The notes under the pieces were generated by a model. The model made no database searches. It was not told the origin of the DNA and worked only from the letters and a program-made list of their open reading frames with translations. DNA of 56,492 nucleotides, from positions 1 to 56,492 of IMG/VR virus record IMGVR_UViG_3300045996_001187; one strand, written 5' to 3'. Shown here piece after piece: positions 1 to 7,822 of the stretch. Made by a program: the position numbers and the translations under genes. The stretch comes from a virus. Lineage: Duplodnaviria > Caudoviricetes. How positions within the stretch are numbered: position 1 is the stretch's first letter; every line of letters begins with the position of its first letter.

Positions 1-127
1 TTCTCTCCTTCCAGCGTGCCATGCTCGGCAATAGTTAGCGGCTACGGAATGGCACGGTATTCTGTTACAGAGTGGCCGTTCAGAATAGCTTGCCTTTTCT
101 CTAAATACCCCTTATTGCACAATGAAT
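1..127. repeat. Terminal 127-bp direct repeat (circular contig overlap), copy 1
   Basis: Identical to 56366-56492; 127 is a common assembler k-mer length. Confidence 0.95.
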
Positions 128-332
128 TAATCGTTGCCGTGGGGCGAGGAAAGGCACAGCACAAATCCCTTTCTTGCACCCAGATCGTGTAGCCCCAGTT
201 CCGCTTGATATGCTCCAGGGCCTCCGCCTGATTCTCAGTTAATCCGCCTTCCCGCTTTGTAATCACAATCTTCTCTCCTTTGTCCCGGCGCTCCGGTCCT
301 AATCTTTTAAAACTTGCAACTTGGCCCGTCAA
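42..332 (-). CDS. Hypothetical protein, possible winged-helix (true start probably near 267)
   Basis: LTENQAEALEHI...TINSLCNKGYLE pattern; SD AAGGAGAG at ~271-280. Confidence 0.5.
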   Translation of the reverse strand: MTGQVASFKRLGPERRDKGEKIVITKREGGLTENQAEALEHIKRNWGYTIWVQERDLCCAFPRPTATINSLCNKGYLEKRQAILNGHSVTEYRAIP

Positions 333-355
333 TTGGTAGTCTATAGATTAGTTGC

Positions 356-392
356 GAGGGGGTCGGCCCAGGGGGTTGGCTCCCTCTTTTTT
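356..392 (+). terminator. Intrinsic terminator-like hairpin with U-tract, antisense to flanking genes
   Basis: GAGGGGGTCGGCC pairs with GGTTGGCTCCCTC, followed by TTTTTT. Confidence 0.55.
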
Positions 393-467
393 AACTCTGT
401 AAATATGGTGCGACGCGTCACTCTCCCGCTCCTCCGCCCCCTTGTCTCTGGGGCCCGATGTGTGATG

Positions 468-860
468 TTAGGCAGCTTTTTGGCAGTCGGCAATGATACC
501 CTTTAGTGCGTTGTAAAGCATTGCTTTGCCCGCCCTGGAGCCACTCCTGCCGTCCGACTTGTCGAGCGAGTAAGCCGCACGCACCGCCTCGCTCTCCAAG
601 AGTAGTAAATGATGCTGAGCAACCCTTAGATTATTGGTAAGCGTATCTTCCCCTACCTGATAAGACATGGTCCGCAAGGCCCTGCACAAATAAGCGTTGT
701 CGAGATACCTTTTCGTGCCATTCTCGATTAGGTCTACGCATAGTTCATTCGTGGTCACCTTTTCGATATGGGCGAGTAGGTTCAGCTTTTTCTTTTCGGT
801 GTCTGCCTCCCACGCCTTTAATTCAGTTGCTATTGTCCGACCCATAAACCAAACCTCCAA
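468..860 (-). CDS. Hypothetical phage protein
   Basis: 130-aa ORF in the minus-strand gene run; GGAGG before the internal Met. Confidence 0.6.
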   Translation of the reverse strand: MEVWFMGRTIATELKAWEADTEKKKLNLLAHIEKVTTNELCVDLIENGTKRYLDNAYLCRALRTMSYQVGEDTLTNNLRVAQHHLLLLESEAVRAAYSLDKSDGRSGSRAGKAMLYNALKGIIADCQKAA

Positions 861-897
861 TTCTTCGCCCCCGCGCCCCAGGTGACAGGGCAGATGG

Positions 898-1017
898 TTA
901 GCTACGTCGGTTTGGCCAGCTCCCGATCATGCCGCCAAATATCCACGGTGCCAGCGGGCCGAGATTAATGTGGTTGTTCTCGGCCCAGCTCCAGATCATG
1001 CTGCAAAGCCAACTCAT
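898..1017 (-). CDS. Small Trp-rich protein (39 aa, MSWLCSMIWSWAENNHINLGPLAPWIFGGMIGSWPNRRS)
   Basis: ATGA overlap with the upstream stop; GAGGTG SD; below the ORF-track cutoff. Confidence 0.6.
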   Translation of the reverse strand: MSWLCSMIWSWAENNHINLGPLAPWIFGGMIGSWPNRRS

Positions 1018-1343
1018 TTCTGACACCTCAATTCCCTTGCCATCTGCAACTGCTGCTCGGGCGTCGTGACGCGCAGTCGATTCGCTATTAATTCGCCCTT
1101 GAGAATGCGCAACTGTTTCTCCGTGGCTTGCACACCAGCCCGGTTTGCAGCGTCCCGCATGTTCTTGCCGCTCAAAAGTAACTCGGAGCCCAATGCAGTT
1201 TTAATCCTTGCCGCCCCGTCGCCTGCTAACGGCTCCTGAGGGCAAAGATGCTTTACCGCTAGTTCTGCAACTAAACTTTCCTGCGCACTTAATCTCGGCT
1301 TCTGCCAAAACTTTTCCATCACAATTTCCCTCCCATCCCTCAC
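1014..1343 (-). CDS. Hypothetical phage protein
   Basis: ORF with SD, coupled to the next gene. Confidence 0.55.
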   Translation of the reverse strand: MRDGREIVMEKFWQKPRLSAQESLVAELAVKHLCPQEPLAGDGAARIKTALGSELLLSGKNMRDAANRAGVQATEKQLRILKGELIANRLRVTTPEQQLQMARELRCQK

Positions 1344-1381
1344 TCCCCCGCCCTGTGTGAAGAGCAGCGGAGGTTAAATTG

Positions 1382-1915
1382 CTATAGTACCAGCCCGTGT
1401 TTGCGAAGGGTGTCAGCGAAAAGCCTCAGTCCTGCCAGTGAGTCGATGTGGTACGTATCCACGAACCAATTGTCGTCCCTAGGGGCTTCGGTGATTCGCT
1501 TGTCCAACTCGTCGTAGAGTGGCTTCCAGTAATCGAAATTCTTTACGAAATGATCAGGGATAGCATCACCTAAAGGCAATCCAATTTCCGCGCGCCACTT
1601 ATCCGCTAAGTCAAGCGGAGGGTTTACCCATTCCTCAGGCGGCGGACACCCACAATGACCCGCCACACGCACGTCGTCATGCCCTAGCGGGTCAGCATAA
1701 AGCTCTTGAGCAACATTGAGCGGCACCTTGCCCTTAACGACCCAGTAATACCATGCGCGCTTGAAACGAAACTCGCCCAACTGTCCACAAATCGTGAATG
1801 GGACTTCGGTGTGCGAGATTTCATCGTGCGTCGCAGGGACCGCTGGGATAATGGCCTTCCTAAGCTCATCTGTCATAAACCGGTCTGCATCTGGTTTGCC
1901 TGCTAAATTCTGCAT
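1382..1915 (-). CDS. Conserved-type phage hypothetical protein (RAWYYW...GHCGCP...YHID)
   Basis: SD AAGGAGAG before MQNL; motif pattern recalled from phage hypothetical proteins. Confidence 0.7.
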   Translation of the reverse strand: MQNLAGKPDADRFMTDELRKAIIPAVPATHDEISHTEVPFTICGQLGEFRFKRAWYYWVVKGKVPLNVAQELYADPLGHDDVRVAGHCGCPPPEEWVNPPLDLADKWRAEIGLPLGDAIPDHFVKNFDYWKPLYDELDKRITEAPRDDNWFVDTYHIDSLAGLRLFADTLRKHGLVL

Positions 1916-2157
1916 CGTTCCTCTCTCCTTTCCCACTCTCTCCGCCCCTGCACCGGGATTCTCCTCTGTAGTGATAAGTGCTATGAGGAGGAGTAGCTCA
2001 CCATTCGCAGTCGTCGTGTGCGTCAGGGTCCGGTTCGGCGTCCTCAATGGCCCGTTCTTCGGGCGTTAAGCTTGCCCTGCGTTCGCGCTCTCGCTGACGA
2101 GCCACCTCATTGCGTGCGAGACGTGCGGCAGTTTCGGCAGGGGTTTCGGTGAAGGGG

Positions 2158-2385
2158 TCAATTTGGAGATACATAGAATAAACCCCGTGCGCGAGCTCGC
2201 TTTAGTGCAACCGCTTCGGCATGCAGTTTCCTTACGCAGGGCGACATGGCTGCATACAGCTCGTCTTCCTTGCCATCTGTCATCGCACCGGCTAGGGCGA
2301 ACAAAACAGATTTAGCAGCCGTATTGCCAGATGCTTCGAACTCTTCAGCTAGCGCAACTACTTTCTTTACCGACTCGTTCATCAT
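2158..2385 (-). CDS. Hypothetical protein
   Basis: AAGGAG SD; 75 aa. Confidence 0.6.
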   Translation of the reverse strand: MMNESVKKVVALAEEFEASGNTAAKSVLFALAGAMTDGKEDELYAAMSPCVRKLHAEAVALKRARARGLFYVSPN

Positions 2386-2415
2386 CTTCTCCTTATTCCC
2401 TTATAAGACGGGACG

Positions 2416-2868
2416 TCACAAAAAGCGGCGACGGTGCACGCGAGGGTGGTTTTCGTCCAGCCGCTTGGCAAGTGCGTCCATCTCCGCCCTATAGGCTACC
2501 TTTACGGCGAGGTTATCGGGCAGAGGCGATGCGGTTAACGGACGTCGGCCTACCTCAGTGTCCTCCTCTTCGGTGTTCCACCCGCCGCTCAAGTCGTGCA
2601 ACTGCTGCCCATATTGCCAGCTGCCAACCATAATCAAATCGTAAAAAGCTGCTTCTTCATCACTGATAATTTGCTCTATTACCTTTTCGTTGAGGCTGTT
2701 CAAATACAACCCTATCTGGATGTTAATCCTAGCGGCGGCCATACAACCCGCGACATCCCGGCTGACCTTCGCGTGATAGTTATAAATTTCGTCTTTGATG
2801 TATTCGAACACGGCGGGCAAGTTATCTGGAGAAAGTTGCTTCATATCACTTATTGGGTTTATCGACAT
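2416..2868 (-). CDS. Hypothetical protein, first gene of a leftward early operon
   Basis: GAGGTGA SD before MSINPI. Confidence 0.65.
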   Translation of the reverse strand: MSINPISDMKQLSPDNLPAVFEYIKDEIYNYHAKVSRDVAGCMAAARINIQIGLYLNSLNEKVIEQIISDEEAAFYDLIMVGSWQYGQQLHDLSGGWNTEEEDTEVGRRPLTASPLPDNLAVKVAYRAEMDALAKRLDENHPRVHRRRFL

Positions 2869-2957
2869 ACGTGTCACCTCTCTCGGTTCTGGTATTAGGG
2901 CGAATCCTTCAACTTTCCACGGATGGGGATTCGTCCTCTTTTGTTGCTCTATATGAA

Positions 2958-2986
2958 ATTTTATACAATTTTTCATAATATGTCAA
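2958..2986 (-). promoter_or_regulatory. Sigma70-type promoter TTGACA-17-TAAAAT overlapped by an operator-like repeat
   Basis: Near-consensus spacing; TTTTATAYAATTTTTCRTA occurs at 2959-2977 and 3003-3021. Confidence 0.75.
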
Positions 2987-3031
2987 GGGGCTACACTTGA
3001 TTTTTTATATAATTTTTCGTAGCCTTAAATC

Positions 3032-3271
3032 ATGGTTCCACGTGGAGGCGCACGCGCTAATTCGGGTCGTAAAAAGAAAGACGGGGAGTTCGTCAGTAAC
3101 TACGTTGGCCGGGATATTCGGGCCAATTGGAAGCGGGCCAGTAAGGCGCTCGGTTTATCTCAAACGGCGATACTTGAAGCGGCACTACTCGCGTATTTCA
3201 AGCGCCACAAAATCCCACTCACCGAACCAGACAGCGAGATTTCCGCCGCCTCGCCAAACAGCATGGAATAG
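3032..3271 (+). CDS. Small ribbon-helix-helix-like DNA-binding protein with a basic N-terminal arm
   Basis: GGARANSGRKK then strand-helix-helix (ASKALGLSQTAILEAAL); divergent from the 2986 promoter. Confidence 0.6.
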   Translation: MVPRGGARANSGRKKKDGEFVSNYVGRDIRANWKRASKALGLSQTAILEAALLAYFKRHKIPLTEPDSEISAASPNSME

Positions 3272-3284
3272 AGGTGCCTTAGAA

Positions 3285-3539
3285 ATGAACGAAGTTCAAG
3301 AAGCCATTGCAATCGCCGTAAGGTTCGGCGGTATCTCAGGCGCTCACCATAAGGCGTGGGTTATTGACCAGATGGTTCGGGCTCTTACTGGCTGCCAGCC
3401 AATCGCAAGTCCTGCGACTGAGATTGCGCCCTTCGGAGGATACGGGGAGTCGGAGCATTACACAGAGTTGGTGGCTAGGGCAAAAGTTGGATACGATGGC
3501 CCGGACACTTACTCTTGGGATACTGGTACTGCGCCATGA
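3285..3539 (+). CDS. Phage hypothetical protein (GAHHKAWVIDQMVRAL type)
   Basis: GAGGTG SD; recognisable phage hypothetical motif. Confidence 0.7.
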   Translation: MNEVQEAIAIAVRFGGISGAHHKAWVIDQMVRALTGCQPIASPATEIAPFGGYGESEHYTELVARAKVGYDGPDTYSWDTGTAP

Positions 3540-3670
3540 CCGCCATACCCGCCCCACAGCCCCTAGTTTGCACCCACTGCCGCCGCACATCCATCTGGGT
3601 CCGGTACAACGACCTGTGTATGGTGGCGCTGAGAAGGGGTGGGAGTTGGTGTGTGGGGAGGTTTAGGTGA
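3536..3670 (+). CDS. Small Cys-containing protein (44 aa, ends RFR)
   Basis: ATGA overlap with the upstream gene; CxxC motif. Confidence 0.45.
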   Translation: MTAIPAPQPLVCTHCRRTSIWVRYNDLCMVALRRGGSWCVGRFR

Positions 3671-3676
3671 GCCCCC

Positions 3677-4048
3677 ATGAACCTATATCACGTCAGCAAG
3701 CACTATCACGGCGAGACTGTGCGCTTCGAACCCCGTGTTCCGCGCGCGCCAGCTCGGGGCGAAGATTTCACCACTCCGCGTATCTGCGTAGCGGCCACCA
3801 TCGGGCAATGCCTCGCCGGTATTACAAAGCGCCGCTGCGAGCCGGTAATGTATGTCTATCGGGCCGTGCGCCCTCGCGGCATTGATTGGGATTCGCCGCG
3901 TTACTACGTGCCGGATTGGGAAGAGACCGAAGAAGTTTGGATTAAAGAGCCGTGCGAGTTTAAGCTAGTCTGCATGGTGTTTGTTGAATGGCCCGGTGAA
4001 TGGGTGCCGAGGTTTAGGAAGAGGGCGCTGGCCGAGAGGTTTAGGTGA
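3677..4048 (+). CDS. Putative ADP-ribosyltransferase-like phage protein
   Basis: LYHVS...FEPRVP...ED..TPRICVA...YVY...ETEEVW pattern, consistent with ART-fold H...E motifs. Confidence 0.5.
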   Translation: MNLYHVSKHYHGETVRFEPRVPRAPARGEDFTTPRICVAATIGQCLAGITKRRCEPVMYVYRAVRPRGIDWDSPRYYVPDWEETEEVWIKEPCEFKLVCMVFVEWPGEWVPRFRKRALAERFR

Positions 4049-4757
4049 GCTCCCCGACTGTCGAGTCGACACTCACGCTCCCCTTAGCAAGCTTCTTCCG
4101 CAACGGTGCGCCGTCTGCCTTGGACTGCAACGCAAACCGGGTACTTACCGTCAATAGCTCCGTTTGCTCTGCCGTCAACGGCACCCGCACAGTGAGCCCG
4201 TCGTCGGTTTCCGTCACGTCGGTCACAACATCCAGCACGTCCTTGATAACGAAGTGAATTTCGTAGTCGCCCTCGGCCTTGAGTGCTTCGATATTCTCAT
4301 CGGATGGCAGGTTGAACTCCGGCACCGCGCCATAGCCAATCATGTAGTCGTCGCCCTGCACCAGACTGAGGGCCGTTCCGGTCTCATTGACAGGACTCGA
4401 TACTGTGACGTTGCCGGTCGTAATCAGGTCGGTTTTAGCTTTGATGGCGGCAATGTCTTCACGGTCATCATCTGTAAAGCTATCCGCCGGTTCCACATCC
4501 GCCCAATTCACCACCCTACTCCCCAGAGTCGACACAACTTCGCCGTCGTCATCCACCTGATACGTGAAGGGCAACCAGTCCGTATTCAGATTCGCTATCA
4601 CAGCCTCAAACTGGCCCGCCACATCCGTCTCCGCAAAGCCCGTAAAGCGTCCGCGATCGGTCAGCGTCTTGTCCTTTATCGTTATCCCAATATCGGCCTC
4701 GTGACCCGTGCGAGAGGCGGCTAAATCAAGTGTGAAGGCGTGCGAGAAGAGAGACAT
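4041..4757 (-). CDS. Virion structural protein with a BppU-like C-terminal domain
   Basis: LSLVQGDDY...VRVPLTAEQT...KGSVSV pattern; acidic, beta-rich. Confidence 0.5.
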   Translation of the reverse strand: MSLFSHAFTLDLAASRTGHEADIGITIKDKTLTDRGRFTGFAETDVAGQFEAVIANLNTDWLPFTYQVDDDGEVVSTLGSRVVNWADVEPADSFTDDDREDIAAIKAKTDLITTGNVTVSSPVNETGTALSLVQGDDYMIGYGAVPEFNLPSDENIEALKAEGDYEIHFVIKDVLDVVTDVTETDDGLTVRVPLTAEQTELLTVSTRFALQSKADGAPLRKKLAKGSVSVDSTVGELT

Positions 4758-4768
4758 GATAGGGTTCC

Positions 4769-5818
4769 TTATGGGGCGATACGATAGGCGATCTTAGGCC
4801 CGAGGTTCAGGCCAGAGGCAGCGCCGAATGTGGTAGGCAGAGCGGCTAAGCCGGATTGGTCATAGGACTCGGCCATGAATTGAAGGGCAAGCGTAGACGA
4901 TGACATGCCGGTGACGCCGCCTGAGCCAGTGAGCATCCGCATATTAACACTTCCGCTCGAAACCAACACGAGAGCGCCGAACCAATAGGTGTCGGGAGTA
5001 AACGTGTGGCTGATCGTAGCTTCCTTAACGCCCGTAGAATCCGCTGCAAGCGTGCCAAAGTCCTTAAGTAGTGTGTTCGGGTAATTGCTGACACTGGAAT
5101 AGATGCAGGGCCGCACTGTCCCCCCTGATGCTCCTGCCACAACGATGTCCATTGCGATGCGGTCGATGCTGAATGTCTCGTCCACAAACATCGGGGTCAG
5201 TATCAGGTGTCCGTTGGTAATGCCGCCGGATGTGGTCTGTGTATAGGCTGAGAATGGTGCGTACCATTGACCGGTCCGAAGCAAGGCGCGGCGGAGGTTG
5301 GTGCGTAGCGAGTAGCTGCCGACGGCTTCGACTGCCATCGAGCCCAGCCCGAGGTTGGAGCGCGCTGTGGTGGCGTTATTAAGGTCGCCCAGGTTGGATG
5401 CAATCTTAAGCTGTGCGTCATTGGTGACGCTTCCCAGGCCGATGTCACTTTTAGCCAGGCTCACATTGCCCGTCTGCCCATTCACGCTCTGCACAGGTGC
5501 GTCCGGCGTCAGCAATGCTACCCAATTCGTAATCTCGCTCGCAGGTTCCTGCAACAGTGTGTAGGTCTTGTTTTGGTCCACACGAAGCGCAATATCGCCT
5601 GCCTGCGCGTTCAGCAGCAACATGGCCGCCTGGCTCGCGACGTTCGGGAACGTGTCGCCTATGGCCAACGACGGGATATAGGCACTCGGTATCTTGCCGT
5701 CCACCCCAAGGGGTGCCACCCCAGACGCCGCGCCCTTCTGCGATGTTGGTATTTTGGCGTCGATTTCGTCCTGTAGACCGGAGATTATCTCGATTGCGGC
5801 TTCGGTTGCTTGGGCCAT
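4769..5818 (-). CDS. Tail fibre / receptor-binding-type protein
   Basis: GAASGVAPLG, VQSVNGQTGNVSL and ARSNLGLG fibre motifs. Confidence 0.7.
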   Translation of the reverse strand: MAQATEAAIEIISGLQDEIDAKIPTSQKGAASGVAPLGVDGKIPSAYIPSLAIGDTFPNVASQAAMLLLNAQAGDIALRVDQNKTYTLLQEPASEITNWVALLTPDAPVQSVNGQTGNVSLAKSDIGLGSVTNDAQLKIASNLGDLNNATTARSNLGLGSMAVEAVGSYSLRTNLRRALLRTGQWYAPFSAYTQTTSGGITNGHLILTPMFVDETFSIDRIAMDIVVAGASGGTVRPCIYSSVSNYPNTLLKDFGTLAADSTGVKEATISHTFTPDTYWFGALVLVSSGSVNMRMLTGSGGVTGMSSSTLALQFMAESYDQSGLAALPTTFGAASGLNLGPKIAYRIAP

Positions 5819-5909
5819 AGTGGGTTCCTAATGACTAAAACGATTATCACTCTAAGTATACCCGTTGGAGGCCATTTTTAGTCAGGAATGAGACGTGCTA
5901 CAATCAAGT

Positions 5910-5973
5910 CGGAGATACACTCGTAAATCTCCGCTCTGGGGGCTCATGGCGAAAGCTGTGGGCCCTCTTTTTT
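5910..5973 (+). ncRNA. Candidate ~65-nt small RNA (hairpin plus intrinsic terminator)
   Basis: TGnTACAAT at 5896-5904; CGGAGAT/ATCTCCG hairpin; 13-bp stem with GAAA loop then T6. Confidence 0.55.
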
Positions 5974-5980
5974 GATGGGG

Positions 5981-6012
5981 CGCAACGATGGGGGAGGCGG
6001 GGTGTCTGTACG
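5981..6012 (+). promoter_or_regulatory. ECF-sigma-like promoter CGCAAC-N14-GGTGTCTGTACG, copy 1
   Basis: Same motif and spacing at 7281-7312. Confidence 0.5.
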
Positions 6013-6052
6013 TGCTTGTATGAGAGTCGTGGCGTGGTAGGAATCTACTTAC

Positions 6053-6325
6053 TTGGAGAATCGAATGATTATCAAGCTAAACGGCGAGGAACTAGAGACA
6101 CTTGACCAGCAGGACCCCGAAAAGGTTGCGGGAGGATTCCAGGGCTATATCGTAGACCTACAAAACCGAGTAAACCGAGAGACGAACGAACTCGATCTTA
6201 CCGACGATGACGTGGAAAAGATTAAGCGTTACGCTGGATATTTCGAGAAGCGCGGAGGCTGGGAGAGAAGATTTCAGTCAATCTTTCGCCGCACGCTTGG
6301 CGCGGACGTTGCAGACGACTCTTGA
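6053..6325 (+). CDS. Small hypothetical protein (GGFQ...GGWE type), convergent with the methyltransferase
   Basis: GGAG SD before MIIK; motif pattern recalled near modification loci. Confidence 0.7.
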   Translation: MENRMIIKLNGEELETLDQQDPEKVAGGFQGYIVDLQNRVNRETNELDLTDDDVEKIKRYAGYFEKRGGWERRFQSIFRRTLGADVADDS

Positions 6326-6327
6326 CA

Positions 6328-7185
6328 CTACCGACTGACGAAGTGCCCAGAGTGTTCTCGGAGCGGCACTCTGCGGCACTTGCTTTCGCACGGCTCGCAA
6401 GGTGATATTGACTCGATGCGCCGGTCGAGTCTGTGCTGGGCCATATCAACATAATCGGCGTTCTGATCGATACCTATCCACTGCCTGCTTGCAGTGTGAC
6501 AGACTACGGCGGTCGTCCCGGAACCGAGGAACGGGTCAACAACAAGGTCGCCAGGCAAGCTGCTGGAGCGCACAATACGATCAATAAGGGCTTCCGGCTT
6601 CTGGGAGGGATGTCCTACTTTTTCCTTCGAAGCGCCCTTTAGCGAGGGAATGCGCCACAAATTAGTGGCATATTTCCCCTTTCTTAGGTGCATCAGCCGC
6701 GCTGTGGTGTCTTTGTAGCGTTTATCCTTCGAATACGCAGAAATAACTTTCTTGGTGTAAGGCTCGCGAACTGCATCCTTATCAAAAACGACCTCACCTG
6801 TTTTTCTGAGCACATATATCATTTCATAAGCCGGAGTGAAGCTGTCACGACGGTCGTTATACCCAACAACCCGATCCCATATAATGAGATCGTGATATTC
6901 CCACTGCTTCGCGGCTCTGCCCATGAGATGCAAAAATGCATGTTCCCGCTTGCCAAGCTGCCCGAAGCAGTAAAGCAGGCCACCAGGGGCCAAGAGGCGC
7001 ATAGCCGAGGCTAACCAGCGGTCAGTCCATTCAAGGTATTCACTCTCATCGTTCCATTGGGTATCCCAGTCTTCTTTCACAAGGACGTTGTAATAAGGAG
7101 GATCAGCAACGACTAGGCGAGCGCAGTCACTGGGCAAGCGGTCCATCTCTTCTATGCAGTCACCATGAATAATCTCGTTAGCCAT
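6328..7185 (-). CDS. Site-specific DNA methyltransferase, N4-C/N6-A beta class
   Basis: DPPY, HPSQKP and DPFLGSGTT motifs; TTGTAC-17-TACGAT promoter 6 nt before the ATG. Confidence 0.92.
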   Translation of the reverse strand: MANEIIHGDCIEEMDRLPSDCARLVVADPPYYNVLVKEDWDTQWNDESEYLEWTDRWLASAMRLLAPGGLLYCFGQLGKREHAFLHLMGRAAKQWEYHDLIIWDRVVGYNDRRDSFTPAYEMIYVLRKTGEVVFDKDAVREPYTKKVISAYSKDKRYKDTTARLMHLRKGKYATNLWRIPSLKGASKEKVGHPSQKPEALIDRIVRSSSLPGDLVVDPFLGSGTTAVVCHTASRQWIGIDQNADYVDMAQHRLDRRIESISPCEPCESKCRRVPLREHSGHFVSR

Positions 7186-7280
7186 GCTCACATCGTAACA
7201 CGTGACTTCCATTTGTACAAGTCTGCATTTTACAAATGAAACAGTGGATTATTCTCCCGAGGCTGGGCTTTCTTTTGCCC

Positions 7281-7312
7281 CGCAACAAGCCCCGGCCGGT
7301 GGTGTCTGTACG
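7281..7312 (+). promoter_or_regulatory. ECF-sigma-like promoter, copy 2, immediately before ATG 7317
   Basis: CGCAAC-N14-GGTGTCTGTACG. Confidence 0.5.
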
Positions 7313-7316
7313 GGGC

Positions 7317-7793
7317 ATGAAAAAGGAAATCCCGCTCAAAGTTTTCTGGATCTGCATAGTTGTCGCCCTTCTCGGCTCCGCTCTAATAAATGAGCTTTGG
7401 AGTAGACGCCCTAAACCCAGTGGCTACGTGACAGCCAGCGCACCGGCCTTCGATGTCCCCTCGATGGTTGGAATGAACATTGACCAAGTGAAGGCGCTTC
7501 TGGGGCCACCTAAAGACGATAAGGAACAGGTTTGGTGGAATGGTAGCGACGAGAACGATAAGTCGTGGGAGCGGAATAACAAGGAATTGCTCGTTACCTT
7601 TCATTCACGCACCCGGCAAATAGTCGATTTCTTCATAAGCTGCGATTCATCATCAGGCGCGTGCGACGAAAAGCAGCATATGCTCGATATTGGCAACGTG
7701 CGCGAAGGCGATACCCGGTATCGGGTTGAGTTTGTCCAAGCGGGTGGAATGGTCGGGAAGTATACAGGCGTGAAAATTGTTCCGTTGCGATGA
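7317..7793 (+). CDS. Membrane-anchored exported protein
   Basis: N-terminal TM helix followed by VGMNIDQVKALLGPP. Confidence 0.7.
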   Translation: MKKEIPLKVFWICIVVALLGSALINELWSRRPKPSGYVTASAPAFDVPSMVGMNIDQVKALLGPPKDDKEQVWWNGSDENDKSWERNNKELLVTFHSRTRQIVDFFISCDSSSGACDEKQHMLDIGNVREGDTRYRVEFVQAGGMVGKYTGVKIVPLR

Positions 7794-7822
7794 GTTTTAC
7801 GGGATCGTGATAGAATCAGGCT

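Noticed and set aside
1-127. 127-bp end repeat as a biological terminal repeat
   Set aside because: The length equals a common assembly k-mer and it cuts through genes; it only shows circularity
916-1007. Imperfect ~23-bp direct repeat as a regulatory or mini-CRISPR element
   Set aside because: Explained by repeated MIxSW peptide segments in the 39-aa ORF 898-1017
3032-3080. Shared GGAR.NSGRKK N-terminus with terS as a gene duplication
   Set aside because: A short basic motif common in small phage DNA-binding proteins; the remainders are unrelated
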